Shown here piece by piece: positions 26,409-33,320 of a DNA stretch of 33,618 nt. A program made the position numbers and the translations under genes. The stretch's first letter is position 1. Each line of letters opens with the position of its first letter. The stretch comes from an uncultured Candidatus Saccharibacteria bacterium (GTDB taxonomy: Bacteria > Patescibacteriota > Minisyncoccia > UBA6257 > GWB1-50-10), in assembly GCA_964534105.1 (NCBI GenBank), contig CAZHOF010000002.1, positions 1-33,618 of the forward strand, in the 5' to 3' direction. The notes beneath the pieces are model-generated. The model was not told the DNA's origin. It did not search any database and was given only the letters and a program-made list of their open reading frames with translations.

Positions 26409-26981
26409 TTATGAAAATGAATAGAAGGAAAGGATCGCAAGAGCAAGAGGCATCTCTTCCTTGATCCTTGCAATCGTGCGCGAGAACATCACCTTGCAAC
26501 TCCCCTCGCTTTTCCCAAGAATTTCCGCAATCTCACGATACGAAAGTCCGTCCCAAACCCTCATAAGAACAACGTTTCGCTGCTCATTTGGTAACGCCTG
26601 GAGATAATCCCAAACCCTGCGAAGCTTCTCCTTCGCGTCCGCCCGTTCCGATAAACGATCTTCCTCGCCGAGAGAAAAAAGTTCTTCAATATCAACCGTG
26701 GAACGTTCCGCCCGGTAATGGTCGACAAAAACATTCCGGGCAATCCGATAGAGCCACGCTCCGAAGGCGCCCTTCCTTGCATCATATGAATGAATATTTT
26801 CCAACGCCTTCAAAAACGTCTTACTCGTCAGATCCTCTGCGATCTCACGGGAAAAAGCTCGATAGAAAAGAAAGCGATAGATCCTGTCCGCGTATGCTTC
26901 ATAAAGCGCTCCGAAGGCCTCCCGGTTACCCGCCTTACACTTATGGAGTGCTTCCTGTTCGTGTTCAAGAGAAAACGTCAT
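26409..26981 (-). CDS. ECF-type RNA polymerase sigma-70 family factor
   Basis: Region 2 (DRIYRFLFYRAFSREIAEDLTSKTFLKA) and region 4 HTH (LSYREIAEILGKSEGSCKVMFSRTIARIKE). Confidence 0.9.
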   Translation of the reverse strand: MTFSLEHEQEALHKCKAGNREAFGALYEAYADRIYRFLFYRAFSREIAEDLTSKTFLKALENIHSYDARKGAFGAWLYRIARNVFVDHYRAERSTVDIEELFSLGEEDRLSERADAKEKLRRVWDYLQALPNEQRNVVLMRVWDGLSYREIAEILGKSEGSCKVMFSRTIARIKEEMPLALAILSFYSFS

Positions 26982-26982
26982 A

Positions 26983-27012
26983 AAAAGAGAAGGCCTCTGT
27001 CAGCCTTCTCTT
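26983..27012 (-). terminator. hairpin + T5 ending directly at the sigma start codon
   Basis: The minus strand reads AAGAGAAGGC-tgacagag-GCCTTCTCTT, then TTT, then ATG(26981). Confidence 0.55.
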
Positions 27013-27042
27013 ATCATACCGGGCGAAAAAAACGGGAGCAAG

Positions 27043-27261
27043 CTACCATTGTGATGCAACGGTTCGGCCAACCTGGTTCTCCTGAACAATGATATTCTGC
27101 TCCTCCTGGAATTGATCAGCACGATACGACTCCACGGATTGTTGAACCACAAAGACACCGCCTACGACAAGGAGTGCGAAGAGCGCGGAAAGAATGCCGA
27201 GCGCCGTACCGATGCGTCGCTCCTCTTTCCCAAGCATGTAATATTCGAAATATCGCTGCAT
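27043..27261 (-). CDS. hypothetical 72-aa single-TM protein
   Basis: ATG-initiated ORF with one TM segment (GTALGILSALFALLVVGGVFVV), divergent from tig. Confidence 0.5.
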   Translation of the reverse strand: MQRYFEYYMLGKEERRIGTALGILSALFALLVVGGVFVVQQSVESYRADQFQEEQNIIVQENQVGRTVASQW

Positions 27262-27326
27262 AATCTGGGTGCTTCATAAGATATAACGAAGAAAGACGGG
27301 AAAAGTAACACATCGGAGGAATCGGG

Positions 27327-27355
27327 TTGCGTTCACGTGAAACCTGTTCTATGGT
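27327..27355 (+). promoter_or_regulatory. candidate tig promoter TTGCGT-N17-TATGGT
   Basis: The -10 box ends 12 nt before the ATG at 27368, with no SD. Confidence 0.4.
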
Positions 27356-27367
27356 GAAACGGTTCAT

Positions 27368-28420
27368 ATGGAAAACGCAAAAACATACCGCATCGTCGCA
27401 AAAAATCGGAAGAAAGACGGTACGGCGGAAATTCAGGCGGAGATCAACCCGGAAGAGCTGGACCGTCACCGCGCAGCGGCGATCTGCGAACTCTCCAGCG
27501 ATCTCAAACTTCCCGGATTCCGCAAAGGACATATTCCGGAATCAGTAGCCCTCCAACACCTTCCTTCGGAAGAAGTTCTTGAACGGACTGCGCGTAAAAC
27601 GCTCGCCGCCGCTTATTCGCACGTCATCCGGGAACTTGAGTGGAAACCCCTCTCGTCTCCGCGCATCACCATCACGAAACTCGCATTTGGAAACCCGCTT
27701 GCCTTCACTATAAATATTGCCGTCGCACCCGACGTCAAACTTCCGAATTACAAAGTGATTGCAAAAAAAATAATGAGCGGGCAGGAAAATGAGGAAGTGA
27801 GCGAAAAAGAGGTTGACGATGTCATCAATGAATTCCTGAAAATCATGCAGAAGAGAAAAGTTGAGGAGAGTAAAGAAAAAAGCAAGGAAACAGAAATGCC
27901 GCAATTGACGGACGAACTGGCAAAAGAACTCGGTCCCTTTAAGACGGCTGACGAGGTAAGAACGCGGATCCGTGAGGATTTGAAACGGCAAAAAGAAACT
28001 GCGATGAAAAAGCAGAAGCGCGAAGAGCTCGCGAAGGCGCTCGCGGAAACCACGCACATGGATGTTCCGGACCTGGCAATCGAGGAAGAAATGGATCGCG
28101 CCCGGAATGCGCTACAGGAACACCTTGAAAAACAAAACCTCCCTAGAGAAGAGTTTATGAAGAAAACGGGAAAAACCGAGGAAGAGCTCTGGGGAGAAGA
28201 GCGGCAATCAATTGAGCGACAACTGAAGACCAGATTGATTCTTGAAGGAATCGCCGAAGCCGAACACATCGCCGCGACTCCGGAAGAAATCGAACAGGAA
28301 CTGCAGGTATTCAAGAAGCAGAATCCCGAGGCAAACGAAGAAGAAACACGGGCATATCTCTCGCTCATCATACGGAACGAAAAAACAATCAGGTTTCTGG
28401 AAGAAAAAGGCAAAAAGTAA
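27368..28420 (+). CDS. tig: trigger factor lacking the FKBP/PPIase domain (350 aa)
   Basis: Ribosome-binding signature LKLPGFRKGHIPESV and a C-terminal arm domain (PQLTDELAKELG.., ..LILEGIAEAE..). No PPIase segment lies between them. Confidence 0.85.
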   Translation: MENAKTYRIVAKNRKKDGTAEIQAEINPEELDRHRAAAICELSSDLKLPGFRKGHIPESVALQHLPSEEVLERTARKTLAAAYSHVIRELEWKPLSSPRITITKLAFGNPLAFTINIAVAPDVKLPNYKVIAKKIMSGQENEEVSEKEVDDVINEFLKIMQKRKVEESKEKSKETEMPQLTDELAKELGPFKTADEVRTRIREDLKRQKETAMKKQKREELAKALAETTHMDVPDLAIEEEMDRARNALQEHLEKQNLPREEFMKKTGKTEEELWGEERQSIERQLKTRLILEGIAEAEHIAATPEEIEQELQVFKKQNPEANEEETRAYLSLIIRNEKTIRFLEEKGKK

Positions 28421-28449
28421 ACCTCAAGGCGCATCCCTTCTTGCCCACA

Positions 28450-28487
28450 CGCCTCACTTTACTCGCATATGCGAGTAAAGTGAGGCG
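28450..28487 (+). repeat. 38-nt perfect palindrome CGCCTCACTTTACTCGCAT/ATGCGAGTAAAGTGAGGCG after tig
   Basis: Read directly, 30 nt after the tig stop. No T-tract follows, so a terminator role is uncertain. Confidence 0.8.
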
Positions 28488-28653
28488 CTGGTACGCTGCA
28501 GAACACAACGACAAAATCACTCTTGAGCGTAAACAAAGCAAGAAACGTTATCCACAAAATCACTTGCCCGCAAAAACATGTATGTTAACCTAAAAGTGGC
28601 ACCACGCGTCATCAGTTTTTCACACCTCACACGGTAACAGAGGGAGGCTCATC

Positions 28654-28764
28654 ATGATCGCGGAACGCGCACCGACCACCGGCCACACGGAGAACGCGCA
28701 CCACCGTCGTGGCGAAGCGAACGTTCCCGGCGCAATCGAGAAGGTCGTGGAGAACACCTCGTAA
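28654..28764 (+). CDS. 36-aa micro-protein MIAERAPTTGHTENAHHRRGEANVPGAIEKVVENTS
   Basis: Start context is AGAGGGAGGctcatcATG. About 30 of 36 codons end in G/C. A strong terminator lies 28 nt downstream. It is below the ORF-track cutoff. Confidence 0.55.
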   Translation: MIAERAPTTGHTENAHHRRGEANVPGAIEKVVENTS

Positions 28765-28791
28765 CCGATCCGGTCACGAGGACCATCCGAA

Positions 28792-28826
28792 AAGGGGGTA
28801 ACAATCGTTACCCCCTTTGTTTTTTT
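28792..28826. terminator. bidirectional intrinsic terminator AAGGGGGTAAC-aatc-GTTACCCCCTT + TGTTTTTTT
   Basis: 11-bp GC-rich stem. The T7 tract is on the plus strand and the A-tract gives U's on the minus strand. It is shared by the convergent micro-ORF and DUF192. Confidence 0.85.
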
Positions 28827-29160
28827 ACGGAGAAACGACCTCCAACTGATCCCCAACCTCTGTCCCGCTCTTCTCAAGCACTCCCGCAGGCAATTCAAAA
28901 ACCCGTAAGTATTTCGGATTCCAGAAGAAGAAAGAGAAACGCCCCATATTGCGGCGAACCGCCTTCACGCGCAACACATCGTCGCAGACAAGAACATCAA
29001 TGGGAAATTGCATCCCAAATGTATGAATCCCCCATCGTGTCTGAAGCGCAAGCGCACGAGGATGGGAATTACCAATAAGCCCTCTTGCCTTCTCTTTTAA
29101 TGTCTTCGTAAAAAAAAGTTCGCGCGCCAAAATAGTGTCTCTTGTTGTATTCCTTAGCAT
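28825..29160 (-). CDS. DUF192 protein
   Basis: ..WGIHTFGMQFPIDVLVCDD.. is the core motif of DUF192 (COG1430). Confidence 0.8.
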   Translation of the reverse strand: MLRNTTRDTILARELFFTKTLKEKARGLIGNSHPRALALQTRWGIHTFGMQFPIDVLVCDDVLRVKAVRRNMGRFSFFFWNPKYLRVFELPAGVLEKSGTEVGDQLEVVSP

Positions 29161-29171
29161 CTTGCCTCCAA

Positions 29172-29222
29172 ATTATAGCGCACTGCACATTCATTGACAA
29201 AAATACAGAAAAGTGATAGGTT
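29172..29222. promoter_or_regulatory. back-to-back divergent promoters sharing the -35 region
   Basis: Plus strand: TTGACA(29194-29199)-N17-TGaTAGGTT. Minus strand: TTGTCA(29200-29195)-N17-TATAAT(29177-29172). Confidence 0.5.
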
Positions 29223-29271
29223 CGAACCAGTCCATTTTTTTCTCTTTCATCTTCCTAAAAGGAGGTGGGTC

Positions 29272-29754
29272 ATGGAATTTCCATGGATCAACGAAGCAAT
29301 CGCCGCGGTTCCCGGGGGCTATGCGCCGGAGTTGCCGCCCGTGGGCGAAGACGAGGTCGTGGGCACGGTACCGGAACACCTTCGGCCGCTCTTCCTCGCT
29401 TTCGTTCACATCGGCGACACGGTGCGTGAGAAACACGATGCGCATTGCGCCGAGAAGGGAGAGCACAACGAGGAGAAGCGTGCATCGCACGGCCGCGAGA
29501 TGCTCGATCTCATCCTGCAACGCGACGTTCTGAAGAGCCTCTTCTTCAGAACGCTCGAGACCGAGCTCGATCTCGACCCGGAGGCAAACCACGGTGTCTG
29601 CGAGAACTGGCAGGTCGTCTCCATCAAGAAGGTGGAGAAACCGGTGAGCGGGCCGGACATCATCATCATCGGAGCGTTCGGCGGTCCCAACTCCGGGAGC
29701 GACGGCGAACCCGGAACTCTCGCCGAACACCTCGACAGGGTATTCGGCGGCTAA
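29272..29754 (+). CDS. hypothetical protein, 160 aa, very GC3-rich orphan
   Basis: Start context is AAAAGGAGGtgggtcATG. The great majority of codons end in G/C in this frame. A strong terminator follows. The 196-aa antisense ORF is a shadow. No family recognised. Confidence 0.7.
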   Translation: MEFPWINEAIAAVPGGYAPELPPVGEDEVVGTVPEHLRPLFLAFVHIGDTVREKHDAHCAEKGEHNEEKRASHGREMLDLILQRDVLKSLFFRTLETELDLDPEANHGVCENWQVVSIKKVEKPVSGPDIIIIGAFGGPNSGSDGEPGTLAEHLDRVFGG

Positions 29755-29762
29755 CCCGCCAA

Positions 29763-29797
29763 AGCCAGGAATGTACATCATTCCTGGCTCTTTTTTT
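29763..29797 (+). terminator. intrinsic terminator AGCCAGGAATG-tacat-CATTCCTGGCT + CTTTTTTT
   Basis: 11-bp stem, 5-nt loop and a T7 tract, 9 nt after the stop. Confidence 0.85.
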
Positions 29798-29815
29798 CAT
29801 TCCAATTAGGAAGGG

Positions 29816-30265
29816 TTACTGTATAGAAAAACTCTTGCTAATACCGTTCACGTCAACCGAATAAGCACCCGGTGCAAGCGCTGTGGCGTTTTCAAGAGGA
29901 ACGACTTCTTCAAAAGGAACGATCATCTGAGAGCAAATCGCGCCCTCGGGTCGGGCGGAGAGAATCGTAATGTAAAACTGCTTCCCGTCGCGATCCTGCA
30001 TAATGTCGTTTACCTTCGTGCAGGCATCGGAAAGAATACCGTGCGCAACCACAGCCACGCCCCCATTTGAAACACCCACATTGACCTCGTGCACATAAGC
30101 ATCGCGGTACACTAGAACCTGCGCCCTAGCCTCGTTTGATGTAACTTCCGGGTCATCACCGCCACACCTCCAAAGCACTAATACGCCTACTACAACGACA
30201 ACACAGGCTGTAAAGATACAGACCAATTTTGTTGCACCTCTTTCACCGCACATACTATCTTTCAT
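29816..30265 (-). CDS. hypothetical membrane-anchored / secreted protein, 149 aa
   Basis: N-terminal hydrophobic segment (LVCIFTACVVVVVGVLVLW) followed by a soluble domain. It starts 6 nt after the transporter stop. Confidence 0.55.
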   Translation of the reverse strand: MKDSMCGERGATKLVCIFTACVVVVVGVLVLWRCGGDDPEVTSNEARAQVLVYRDAYVHEVNVGVSNGGVAVVAHGILSDACTKVNDIMQDRDGKQFYITILSARPEGAICSQMIVPFEEVVPLENATALAPGAYSVDVNGISKSFSIQ

Positions 30266-30271
30266 TATACA

Positions 30272-31675
30272 CTATTGGAAAAAGTGGAAATCGATAATTT
30301 TGACGGCAAAAAAGAGGAAAAAGAGCGAGATAATACCGAGAATAATTGAAGTGGCAATGCTCGGCCGAAGTTCTCGAGGCAACCTCGTATTATTGAGATA
30401 GATGAGGAAAGGAGTGTAAATCGCCATGGAAAGCCCGCCAAGCACTGCCGAAATCGTGAGAAGCGTGAGCGGCTGTTTAAAAGGAATAAGGAACGCCCCG
30501 ATAAGCACAACGAGCACGATCGTGATGTAATACAGGTGACTTACGGAAACTGATCGTAAGGGACGCAGGAAACGTGAAAAGGGACCTACGCGGGAATTCA
30601 CGTAGAGAATATCGCTCGTAATCCGCGTAAGCGCGTCAAGCACTGTCCACATTACCGAGAAAAGCATGAGAAACGCCATCACGAGAAAAAGTTTGAAACC
30701 GAATAATCCCCACTGTTCGCCAAAAATATGGGCCTGCACAACGGCAACCTGGAGCCCTTCCGGAACAAGACCGCGAGGAGTGAGTACCACGTATGCATTC
30801 ACGCTTAACAAGAACAGGGTAATGAAACCAAGAAGAAGGAAGATGACTCCCTGATCAATGCGCACAAAGCGCATCCATCCCTTCCACCGCTTCATGTTCT
30901 CCGGAGTCGGTTCAAAAACATAACCGGTCGTAGCAACCGCCTCGGGCTTTCCGGTAATCGGGTTGGTAATCCTACCACTCCACGCCCCCATCCCCGCCTG
31001 TTTATCGCGATACCAGAGCGAAACACAAAGATTCAACATGCCGCCTGCGCCCGCAAACACGATTGCACCCAAGAGCACGTTAATATCGATCCCCGCGGGG
31101 ATGCCGCCGAAGTTCAAAAGTCCCGCGAAGGCCTCACGAAGATTTTCCGCGCTCAAATTAAAAAAACTGATCGCAAGCAGCATCAGGAAAAAAACGGGAA
31201 CGATAATTTTAAGCGTTCGCTCAAGAACAACGTACGCAACCCGGCCGCTGAAAGTAAAAAGCAAAACCAATCCGAGTGTTGCAAACGACCAGGCATAATG
31301 ACCGCCAAAACCGAAAAGTTCTTTGAGTGTTGTGCCAATCGCACTTGCCCACCCCGGCCAAATATAAAGAAGAATGGCGCCGAAAAACCAAAATGGCGCG
31401 AACCAGGAAAAAACCCGGGCGGAGCTTGTAAAAAACCCTTCGCCCGTAGCAAGTGCGTGGCGCGCAACTTCCTGATTGATAAAATATTGGAAAAGAATAC
31501 CGAGAAGCGCGAGCCACAACAAGCCCAAACCGAACTTGGTAATGAGATGCGGCCAAAGAATCAGCTCGCCAGTGCCGATGGCAAGTCCCATCACCACGAC
31601 ACCGACACCCAGTGCTTTCCGCCATGAAGGAGGTTGGGGTAAATCCCGCCGTTCTAAGGGAGGGTAGGAGGACAT
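30272..31675 (-). CDS. Nramp-related (LeuT-fold) membrane transporter with non-canonical TM1/TM6 motifs
   Basis: The TM1-TM2 region GLAIGTGELILWPHLITKFGLGLLWLALLGILFQYFINQEVARHALATGEGF aligns by eye to MntH ..GYIDPGNFAT..FGYQLLW..Q..A.LG..TG... ATG at 31675 is 1 nt after the DUF456 stop. Confidence 0.65.
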   Translation of the reverse strand: MSSYPPLERRDLPQPPSWRKALGVGVVVMGLAIGTGELILWPHLITKFGLGLLWLALLGILFQYFINQEVARHALATGEGFFTSSARVFSWFAPFWFFGAILLYIWPGWASAIGTTLKELFGFGGHYAWSFATLGLVLLFTFSGRVAYVVLERTLKIIVPVFFLMLLAISFFNLSAENLREAFAGLLNFGGIPAGIDINVLLGAIVFAGAGGMLNLCVSLWYRDKQAGMGAWSGRITNPITGKPEAVATTGYVFEPTPENMKRWKGWMRFVRIDQGVIFLLLGFITLFLLSVNAYVVLTPRGLVPEGLQVAVVQAHIFGEQWGLFGFKLFLVMAFLMLFSVMWTVLDALTRITSDILYVNSRVGPFSRFLRPLRSVSVSHLYYITIVLVVLIGAFLIPFKQPLTLLTISAVLGGLSMAIYTPFLIYLNNTRLPRELRPSIATSIILGIISLFFLFFAVKIIDFHFFQ

Positions 31676-31676
31676 G

Positions 31677-32165
31677 CTATATCCAAAGCGCAAGAAGGAA
31701 AACAATAAGCATTGCTAAAAGCACAAGAAACTTGACGATAGAACTGGCAAGAATGCCCAATGCGGCCCCTATCGAAGTCCGCAAGGCGTCCCGGGACTCT
31801 CGCCCCGCAAAGAGTTCGCCGAGAAAAGCCCCGAGAAGCGGGCCGATAAGAAATCCGACCGGGCCAAGCACGACAACGCCACATACAATTCCCAGAACCA
31901 CTCCAAGAACTCCATATCGCGTCGCCTTTCGCCGTCTTGCTCCGAGAAGCGGGCCGAAAACGTCCAAAACAAGCGTAAGCGCAGTAAGCCCGAGAAAAAT
32001 AAGAACTGTAGAGAGAGAAACGGTAAGAAAATCGGTGAAATAGGCGTAGAGAAAAAGACCAAACCATGCAAGAGGAACTCCGGGCAAGAAAGGTAAAATA
32101 ATCCCGAGGAAACTAATAAGAAAAATAACGATTCCTAAGAAAACAAGAAAAAATTCCAAGCCCAT
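31677..32165 (-). CDS. DUF456 membrane protein
   Basis: FLISFLGIILPFLPGVPLAWFGLFLYAYF.. and a Gly-rich C-terminal half are typical of DUF456. TGTTACAAT lies 9 nt upstream of the ATG. Confidence 0.75.
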   Translation of the reverse strand: MGLEFFLVFLGIVIFLISFLGIILPFLPGVPLAWFGLFLYAYFTDFLTVSLSTVLIFLGLTALTLVLDVFGPLLGARRRKATRYGVLGVVLGIVCGVVVLGPVGFLIGPLLGAFLGELFAGRESRDALRTSIGAALGILASSIVKFLVLLAMLIVFLLALWI

Positions 32166-32207
32166 AGTACGCTTATTGTAACATTACAAACGTAAAACCT
32201 CCACGAT

Positions 32208-32247
32208 ACAAAAGAGAATATCCCTGCAGTCCTTGAACTGCAGGGAT
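32208..32247 (-). terminator. intrinsic terminator after the 56-aa ORF
   Basis: The minus strand reads ATCCCTGCAG-ttcaagga-CTGCAGGGAT followed by ATTCTCTTTTG. Confidence 0.65.
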
Positions 32248-32277
32248 AGATGAGAAATCAACCGGGCGGCGGAAAAA

Positions 32278-32448
32278 TCACCGGTGACGCTTCTTCCTCT
32301 TCTTCGGCTCCGGTTCGCTGATACCGACCGGCATTGATCCTTGGGGTCTCTGCGCGTTGGCGCGGGCGGCCTGAACGGCAAGCTGGTCGGAAGGACACAG
32401 TCCTGGCACACGATTGTGTCCCTTGTTGTTTCCCCTCTGACGATTCAT
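32278..32448 (-). CDS. 56-aa basic micro-protein MNRQRGNNKGHNRVPGLCPSDQLAVQAARANAQRPQGSMPVGISEPEPKKRKKRHR
   Basis: Start context is CTAAGGAGGAGGGAGttATG at 32448. The stop is TGA at 32278-32280. It has its own promoter and terminator and is below the ORF-track cutoff; the listed 75-aa ORF is in another frame. Confidence 0.55.
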   Translation of the reverse strand: MNRQRGNNKGHNRVPGLCPSDQLAVQAARANAQRPQGSMPVGISEPEPKKRKKRHR

Positions 32449-32495
32449 AACTCCCTCCTCCTTAGAAAAAGATGGGGAAATAGAGAACTAAAAGC

Positions 32496-32524
32496 ACTAT
32501 AAAAAATACTTGCGCGAAATGCAA
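32496..32524 (-). promoter_or_regulatory. promoter TTGCAT-N17-TATAGT for the 56-aa ORF
   Basis: On the plus strand, atgcaa is at 32519-32524 and actata at 32496-32501. Confidence 0.5.
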
Positions 32525-32654
32525 ACCAGGCAGTAGAAATGCGATTTAGTGTCACGGAGCACAAACATCTCGATTATTTATTAACAACTTGTCGAATCTG
32601 GTTCTTACTCGACGGTCCCTTTCTCCGAAGGTGAAAGATCACATTTTCACTGCC

Positions 32655-32693
32655 TGGCAAACAAAAGCCGCTACAAATAATTGCAGCGGCTTT
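32655..32693 (-). terminator. intrinsic terminator after the 205-aa secreted protein gene
   Basis: The minus strand reads AAAGCCGCT-gcaattatttgt-AGCGGCTTT followed by TGTTTGCC. Confidence 0.6.
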
Positions 32694-32702
32694 GATGTCG
32701 TG

Positions 32703-33320
32703 TCAGAAGCTGAGACACCATTCGTCGGGAAGAAAACCGATACCGACGAAAAACTTCTTGTCCCACGAATTCTTCGGGTCAACCGTCCCCCACGCCTTCA
32801 CGTAGAAATAGGACGCGGGGAGAATCTTCACCACGGGACCAACGTCCACCAGGAGCGGTATACCGGACTCCTTATACACCTGCCCGTCGATGCCGAGCGC
32901 GAGACGCGGGTTGGGATGCCAAAGCGCATCCACCCAATGGTAGATGAAATCGGCATGACCTTCTCCGATCCCGCGGCTGTACTGGTTCATCACGAACACG
33001 GTGTAGACATCGAACCCCGCGAACGCGTTGATCTGGGTGGAGATGCCGTCGTAGTCACCGACCAGAGCGCCGGCGTACGGCATGACCGAAACGCCGCGGA
33101 CTTCGAAAGCCCGGCCGACGAAAGCACCTGCCGTCTTCTGCTGATCGAAATTGTACCGCGCATCGACGAGCAAGGACGAGCCGTTGTACACGTACCACGG
33201 AATCACAGTTACGTCGCTCTGGTCCACCTTCGACCACACAGCGAAATCGTGCTGGGCGAACACGGAAGCGGGAACCACCAGCACCAACGCTACCAGAATG
33301 ACACGAATTGCGCGTTTCAT
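32703..33320 (-). CDS. secreted beta-rich protein, 205 aa, outer-membrane beta-barrel-like C-terminus
   Basis: Start context is CACAGGAGGagagaacgATG at 33320. Signal peptide MKRAIRVILVALVLVVPASVFA-QHD. Alternating hydrophobic pattern, ending ..FFVGIGFLPDEWCLSF (terminal Phe). GC about 60%. Confidence 0.7.
   Translation of the reverse strand: MKRAIRVILVALVLVVPASVFAQHDFAVWSKVDQSDVTVIPWYVYNGSSLLVDARYNFDQQKTAGAFVGRAFEVRGVSVMPYAGALVGDYDGISTQINAFAGFDVYTVFVMNQYSRGIGEGHADFIYHWVDALWHPNPRLALGIDGQVYKESGIPLLVDVGPVVKILPASYFYVKAWGTVDPKNSWDKKFFVGIGFLPDEWCLSF

Noticed and set aside
20146-28487. Long palindromes plus promoterless-looking cassettes considered as integron attC sites and gene cassettes
   Set aside because: attC sites are imperfect with extrahelical bases and conserved R/L boxes, whereas these are perfect palindromes. 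The cassettes carry their own promoters. No intI-like integrase is present in the window.
28654-28764. 36-aa ORF considered as a lasso-peptide or other RiPP precursor (T-T-G at residues 8-10)
   Set aside because: The leader would be only 9 residues. No Asp/Glu is at core positions 7-9 for macrolactam formation. No maturation enzymes (B/C proteins, YcaO, radical SAM, C39 peptidase) are nearby.
29217-29230. GGTTCGAACC, a T-loop-like motif suggesting a tRNA
   Set aside because: There is no acceptor, D or anticodon arm in the flanking 80 nt. It is a simple palindrome inside the 5' UTR of the 160-aa orphan. No tRNA was found anywhere in the window.
29191-29781. 196-aa minus-strand ORF (and several 90-140-aa ORFs) overlapping the 160-aa plus-strand orphan
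   Set aside because: The start lies inside the plus-strand terminator hairpin and there is no RBS. The strong G/C third-position bias is in the plus frame. These are shadow ORFs expected in about 65% GC DNA.
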